A stretch of 47,478 nt of DNA from Candidatus Aenigmatarchaeota archaeon (GTDB lineage Archaea > Aenigmatarchaeota > Aenigmatarchaeia > QMZP01): contig JADHYO010000001.1 in the NCBI GenBank assembly GCA_016782405.1, forward strand, positions 1 through 47,478, in the 5' to 3' direction. Below are positions 42,911 to 47,478 of this stretch, in pieces. Position numbers and translations under genes: made by a program. The notes under the pieces were generated by a model. The model was not told the DNA's origin. It saw only the letters and a list, made by a program, of their open reading frames with translations, and ran no database searches. Numbering within the stretch: the stretch's first letter is position 1; every line of letters begins with the position of its first letter.

Positions 42911-43794
42911 ATTCCCACCGGCCTCTTGTTTTTTATCAGCCCCACAAACATCACTTGCACCACTGAAATCAGGGCAAGCATCCCAACAAGTAGGAGCTCT
43001 ATACTGAACTCAACACCAATAAATGAGAACATCACCAGGGAAAAGACAATCCCCAGCGTGGGGAATATAATAACCAGCATCATGTAGAAGAGGGAGAGTG
43101 GGTTCAGCTCTGAGCCATACTTCTTTAGGGCAGTCTTCTGATCTGCAGTGATGTTGTCAACAATCTCTTTGAGTATATCACCAATGTCAGCCCCGGATCT
43201 CATTGCATTCACCATCTGCCATATCACCCGCCGGAAGAATAGAGAAGGAGTTTTTGCTGTAATCTTTTCTAGGGCGTCGATCTCAGACATCCCTGTGTTA
43301 ATGTCAGTCACAGCTTTACCAAACTCTTTGGAAAGCCTCCCGTAACCGCCGTAAGCAATGGCGCTCATTGCATTGAACATAGTCACCCCTGAACGCACTT
43401 CTACCAAAAGGTGGTTTAGCACATGTGGGATTTGACCCTCAATGTCCTTGACCTTCCTCTTTACCATAAGGCGGGGGTACATTGAAAAATAAAAGAGAAT
43501 AGAAACCGCGATCCCCGCACTGACAGCAAAACCAATACCAAAGGCAAACTGTAAAATCGGCCTGATGGTGTAGATAACAGCAGAAGTTAGTGGAAGGAGG
43601 AGAATAAAGTAAATAAGTGAGACAAAGAAAGCTAAGCCAAGCCACTCTCTGGAATCAAAGTCAAGCCCACTCTGGTGAAGATGAAATTCCATGGAGGGGA
43701 ACATCTTGCTCATTGTTTCCCCGAACCCTAGGAAGCGGTGGGAGACTCGCTTTGCCCTCACCATTCCGAGGGGTATGAATGGAATCCTTTTCAT
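42907..43794 (-). CDS. Type II secretion system F-domain membrane protein (TadB-like)
   Basis: T2SF-like; the pair with 41960..42910 is typical of split FlaJ/TadBC. Confidence 0.7.
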   Translation of the reverse strand: MKRIPFIPLGMVRAKRVSHRFLGFGETMSKMFPSMEFHLHQSGLDFDSREWLGLAFFVSLIYFILLLPLTSAVIYTIRPILQFAFGIGFAVSAGIAVSILFYFSMYPRLMVKRKVKDIEGQIPHVLNHLLVEVRSGVTMFNAMSAIAYGGYGRLSKEFGKAVTDINTGMSEIDALEKITAKTPSLFFRRVIWQMVNAMRSGADIGDILKEIVDNITADQKTALKKYGSELNPLSLFYMMLVIIFPTLGIVFSLVMFSFIGVEFSIELLLVGMLALISVVQVMFVGLIKNKRPVGI

Positions 43795-43795
43795 A

Positions 43796-45265
43796 TCAAC
43801 CCTTAACCCTTTTCAGTATCTTCTCCGGGTTTGTGTAATAGGTCGAGATAATCTCTCCCACTTTTTGTATGTCCTTTACCTGCTTTTTCACCAGCCACTT
43901 TAGAATTCTTTCCTTCTCATTCAGGTCTCTGTCTATTTCCTTGGGCGCCATGCCTGTATATGTTTTTATCTCCTCCATAACCCTTGAAGATGCCTCCATC
44001 CGAAGGAATGTATCCTTGGACGGTGTCCATCCGAAGATATCATTCAACTCAATATGGTTCCTTATATCTGTGCTTACCACCTCTGACAGTTGGATTAACC
44101 TGCGGATTTCCCTCCTCCTGTCGCGGTGCATGACTGCTATCAAATGCAGGGAAGCTAAAAGTGTGGAGGGAATGTTAATCGGGGGGTTAATAAGCCGTCT
44201 AACAGTCTCCTCTGCTGTGTTAGCGTGCAGTGTGGCGTAGACGGAGTGCCCAGTGTGGACAGCCTCGAAAAGGACCTCTGCTTCCTTGCTTCTCCTTATC
44301 TCTCCGACAAGGACGCGGTCAGGCCTCATCCTCAGGGAGTTCACCAGCAGCTCCAGCATTGTGACCTCACCCTTACCCTCTGAGTTAGGTGGTCTTGTTG
44401 TTAGCGGTACCCAGTGCATGAAATCCGGAATCTGAATCTCGCGAGTATCCTCGATTGAAATGATCCTGTGATTCGGTGGAATGAAACATGAGAGCACGTT
44501 CAAAAGCGAGGTCTTCCCGCTCGCTGTTCCACCTGCGATAAGAACATTCATCTCATACTGAATTGCCAGCCAGAGGAAAGCAGCAATATCTGGGGAAAGT
44601 GTGTTCGCCTCTATGAAGTCAGTTATTGTCCATGGCCTCCTGGCGAACTTCCGGATTGTCAGTGTGTTACCTTTAGAGCTTATTGGAAACAATGTGGCAT
44701 TGGAACGGTCTCCAGTGACAAGGTAAGCATCCATTAAGGGGTTGAGGTAAGTGATCTGGGTCCCAACCCTACGTCCAATCATTGCTGCAAAATTGTAAAT
44801 TTCTGTTTCTGAGGAGAGATTGACATTTGTTTTCAGCCAGCTCATTTTCCTGTGATACACCCAGACAGGCTCCTTGGAATTGTTGATGACAACCTCCTCA
44901 ATATTCTGGTCATGGAGAATCATTTCCAATGGCCCGAGTCCAAGCGAGTTGTGCAGAAGTATTCCTGCCAGGCTGTCCCTTTTTTCACTTGGTAGCTTGG
45001 GGAGGTGCTTGTCAAGAAGCTTCAGGGACTTTTCCTTGAAACTCTTCTTAAGGGATATAATCCCTGATGAGTCCAGGATCTTTGTGGGCGTTATTTCAAG
45101 CTCTGCAATGAGCTTCTCCCTTATCGAATCCAGCAAAGCCCTTGTGGCAACCTTCAGTTGGGGATAATCCATCTTGTAAATCGGGACAAACTCTGTCGGG
45201 TCCTTTCCTATGTTAACCCGGGCCTTCACCCCGTCCACGGTCAAATCGTAACTATTTCCTTCCAC
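43796..45265 (-). CDS. Type II/IV secretion ATPase (FlaI/PilB/TadA-like), intein-free paralog of the ATPase at the left edge
   Basis: Walker A [58 protein letters not shown]. Confidence 0.85.
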   Translation of the reverse strand: [489 protein letters not shown]

Positions 45266-46184
45266 GCTTCTTCACCTTCTTTTTAGCAACTTTGATTCTC
45301 CCCTTCCTACCTTTTTTTATGTTCCTAACTACAGCGAAAAGCAAGACAAGTACAATTATAATGAGCAGAATCATCGGCATCATGCCAGCGCCGGTCTCCC
45401 CAAGTAGTGTAGTGAAATTCGGCACAACTGTTCCAGGTCCCTTCAACAGAAGTACTATCACAAGGACAGCAGCTGCGCACCCCACAAAAAGCCACTTCTT
45501 TTTTAGACCACTTCTTTTATTAACCACCTTCTCTTTTTCACTGAATTTACTCTCTTTTGTATCAACCTTTCCGCCTTTTGTATTGGCTTTTTTACTTTTC
45601 TCTAAATCATACTTGTACATCACAGCCTTCCCAAAGGTTGGGTAATGAACCTTTACGAGTTTGTGTTCTTCCAGGATTTCTGCCCATTCCTCCACCACAT
45701 CCTCATCGACCTTGAATATCTGGCTGATCTCTTTGAATGAAACTCTTCCTTTTGCGTTAATCATATTGTAAAGGCGGTCAGTGTTGGTTTCAATACTTTT
45801 CCCAAGGTCAGTGGGGGTTGCTCTTTTAACCTGGGACGGTTTGATGGCTGCTTTGGCCTTTGCCTGGACAGCTGTTTTAATGCGCTTGGCTTTCTTTGGT
45901 ATTATCTTCATCAACTTGGAGGTTTCCCTGGGCGCCTCGCGCTTCTTCATGCCTTTAAGAAATGTTTTCAGTTCGCTATGATATTTTTTTATTTCCTTTC
46001 CTTCCTGTCTGGCTTTCAATTCTTTAGGCTTCTTTCTGAGGCGCAATGAAGGTCTTTTCCTTGGAGCTTTTTTCTTTTTTGGTGCAAAACTCCTTTTCCT
46101 TGAGAAAAACTTCCTTTTGGGTTTTGCCTTCTTGAAAACCTTCTTCCTAGAAAACCTAGGCTTCTTCCTCCCTCTGACAGCCAT
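45252..46184 (-). CDS. Lys/Arg-rich protein with a central wHTH-like domain and C-terminal TM segments
   Basis: The first 130 aa or so are dominated by K/R/P (KKPRFSRKKVFKKAKPKRKFFSRKR..). TDRLYNMINAKGRVSFKEISQIFKVDEDVVEEWAEILEEHKLVKV is wHTH-like. Two hydrophobic segments and a basic tail follow. Confidence 0.6.
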   Translation of the reverse strand: MAVRGRKKPRFSRKKVFKKAKPKRKFFSRKRSFAPKKKKAPRKRPSLRLRKKPKELKARQEGKEIKKYHSELKTFLKGMKKREAPRETSKLMKIIPKKAKRIKTAVQAKAKAAIKPSQVKRATPTDLGKSIETNTDRLYNMINAKGRVSFKEISQIFKVDEDVVEEWAEILEEHKLVKVHYPTFGKAVMYKYDLEKSKKANTKGGKVDTKESKFSEKEKVVNKRSGLKKKWLFVGCAAAVLVIVLLLKGPGTVVPNFTTLLGETGAGMMPMILLIIIVLVLLFAVVRNIKKGRKGRIKVAKKKVKKRGRK

Positions 46185-46218
46185 ATTATATTATCACTTT
46201 CCTGATTTAAAAGAAATT

Positions 46219-47457
46219 TCAGTCTTCCATCAGCTGGGACAGGCCGAAAGCTGCTGCCGAGCTTGTGTCTATCCTGAACCACTCAGGCATTCCCCTCACT
46301 TCATATCCCTGGTATTCAAGCGGCAAGAAATAAGCCCAGCAAACATGGGTTCTATCACTAGTTATTTCAATCCCTGCTTCCTGGAACTCCTGGGCATTGA
46401 TGAATGTTATGAACTGCGGGTTGGTAGAAAAGTTGTACATTCCCTGCAACCTTTCCAATAAATTTGGCCCGAACAATAACACTCCCGCATCCCCTCCAAA
46501 GTAATGCCCATCCTCAAGCCCCCTCCTGATTGGAAGCGACCACACTGAATTTGTGTTGTTGTCCACGTAAAGTGTTGGGTAGTCCCCAAGGCTCTGGATT
46601 GTCTGGTTTATAAGGGTAACTGGTAAAGGTACACCAGTCACATAGCAGGACTGTGCAGGTGTGCCGGTGTTACCAACCACACATTCCCAGCCGCTATGCC
46701 CAGTAATATCATCCACAACCAATATCTTTTGGGCTTTGTCAGGGTCATCCGCATCAAAGCTGACATTCCCTATTGCGTTGCATGTTGCCAGTGAACCAGG
46801 CAATTGCTGCGCATAAAAGCTGTAGGGATACAGCTCGTATTGCCTTCTAACCAACCCGCTTGTCTCAACCGCAAACAGCGGGTCCTCGAAACCCAGGACA
46901 GAAAATGAAAATTCCTTTCTCTCATCAATCTTCTCAATGCGCGATGTTCCGAAGCGGTTCTTTACTGTAATGTTCAGCCCGTATGTTCCTCCAAAATAAA
47001 TGTCATCGTATGTTGCCACGATGTTGGTGAAATTGAAATCCACCTCAAACCCACCTGTGGCATTAATGATTTTTGATTTCCAGTCATACAACGTGTTGTT
47101 TATCATGAGATAGCTTTCCTCCCCGAAAAGTGTTCCGTTGTAGAGCAGTTCAGTGTAAAGTTCACCAGCGCTTTTGTTGTGATTCTCTATTGTGATAAAT
47201 CTCCCGTCAGTGACAGCAAAATCTGTAAGTGCTAGCAAGGCCCTTTTCGCAGAGATTTCAAATCCTTTATGAAAATCATCTTCAACACTTTTCTCAATCA
47301 AGTGGAGCTGGTCAGCAACGAGCTTCTCCCTGACTCCAGTTTCTGTGTCCTGGATGCTGACAAGGGTTCCTGTGACAAACAGCAGGACAGGGATTGCAAT
47401 GAGAACCGCAATAATTGAATAAAACTGGCCGGACATCTGCCTCTTTCTCACAACCAT
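46219..47457 (-). CDS. Large pilin-like / pilus-associated protein with a class III signal-like N-terminus
   Basis: MVVRKRQMSGQ|FYSIIAVLIAIPVLLFV, then a 380-aa extracellular-type domain with several N-x-S/T sequons. Confidence 0.6.
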   Translation of the reverse strand: MVVRKRQMSGQFYSIIAVLIAIPVLLFVTGTLVSIQDTETGVREKLVADQLHLIEKSVEDDFHKGFEISAKRALLALTDFAVTDGRFITIENHNKSAGELYTELLYNGTLFGEESYLMINNTLYDWKSKIINATGGFEVDFNFTNIVATYDDIYFGGTYGLNITVKNRFGTSRIEKIDERKEFSFSVLGFEDPLFAVETSGLVRRQYELYPYSFYAQQLPGSLATCNAIGNVSFDADDPDKAQKILVVDDITGHSGWECVVGNTGTPAQSCYVTGVPLPVTLINQTIQSLGDYPTLYVDNNTNSVWSLPIRRGLEDGHYFGGDAGVLLFGPNLLERLQGMYNFSTNPQFITFINAQEFQEAGIEITSDRTHVCWAYFLPLEYQGYEVRGMPEWFRIDTSSAAAFGLSQLMED

Positions 47458-47478
47458 ACCCTAACCTCCATTCTTGCA

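Overview
Archaeal chromosomal window. The archaeal call rests on class-III-signal pilin-like genes, a FlaI/TadC-type pilus operon, FtsZ, an NreA-like gene and multi-intron tRNAs. Tight gene packing suggests a small-genome, DPANN-like archaeon, but that is inference. Left to right: (1) a 5'-truncated type II/IV secretion ATPase interrupted by a LAGLIDADG intein, then a Zn-ribbon/HTH protein. (2) A 2.1-kb ORF-free, G+C-rich, helix-dense region (about 2200-4240) holding two paralogous three-helix RNA modules with compensatory changes and a tandem array of about 80-nt hairpins. (3) A translationally coupled coiled-coil protein plus HerA/FtsK-like ATPase-wHTH fusion. (4) A second roughly 1-kb ORF-free region. 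Segments 2-4 are bracketed by direct copies of a short repeat that has a third, inverted copy at 18.6 kb. I rate this block as the most likely undescribed system, either a large or multipart structured RNA locus or the remnant of an inserted element. Next come a secreted hydrolase-like protein, a conserved GTPase/small-protein/Zn-ribbon group, a HIT protein and an OtsA-like GT20. An accessory island (15.3-21.4 kb) follows, with HEPN-MNT (flanked by 36-nt direct repeats), AbiE and RelE/RHH modules, a transglutaminase-like protein and a four-gene unknown cassette with tandem paralogs. The rest is housekeeping and surface genes: a giant S8 peptidase, thermonuclease, FKBP and FtsZ. A mevalonate cluster (MK, PMK, MVD) is interleaved with Nudix, HAD and methyltransferase genes. 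A type-IV-pilus-like operon closes the window. There are three tRNAs. tRNA-Gly(UCC) appears to carry two introns and tRNA-Thr(GGU) three. No rRNA or CRISPR array was seen. All calls come from reading the sequence by eye; no searches were run.
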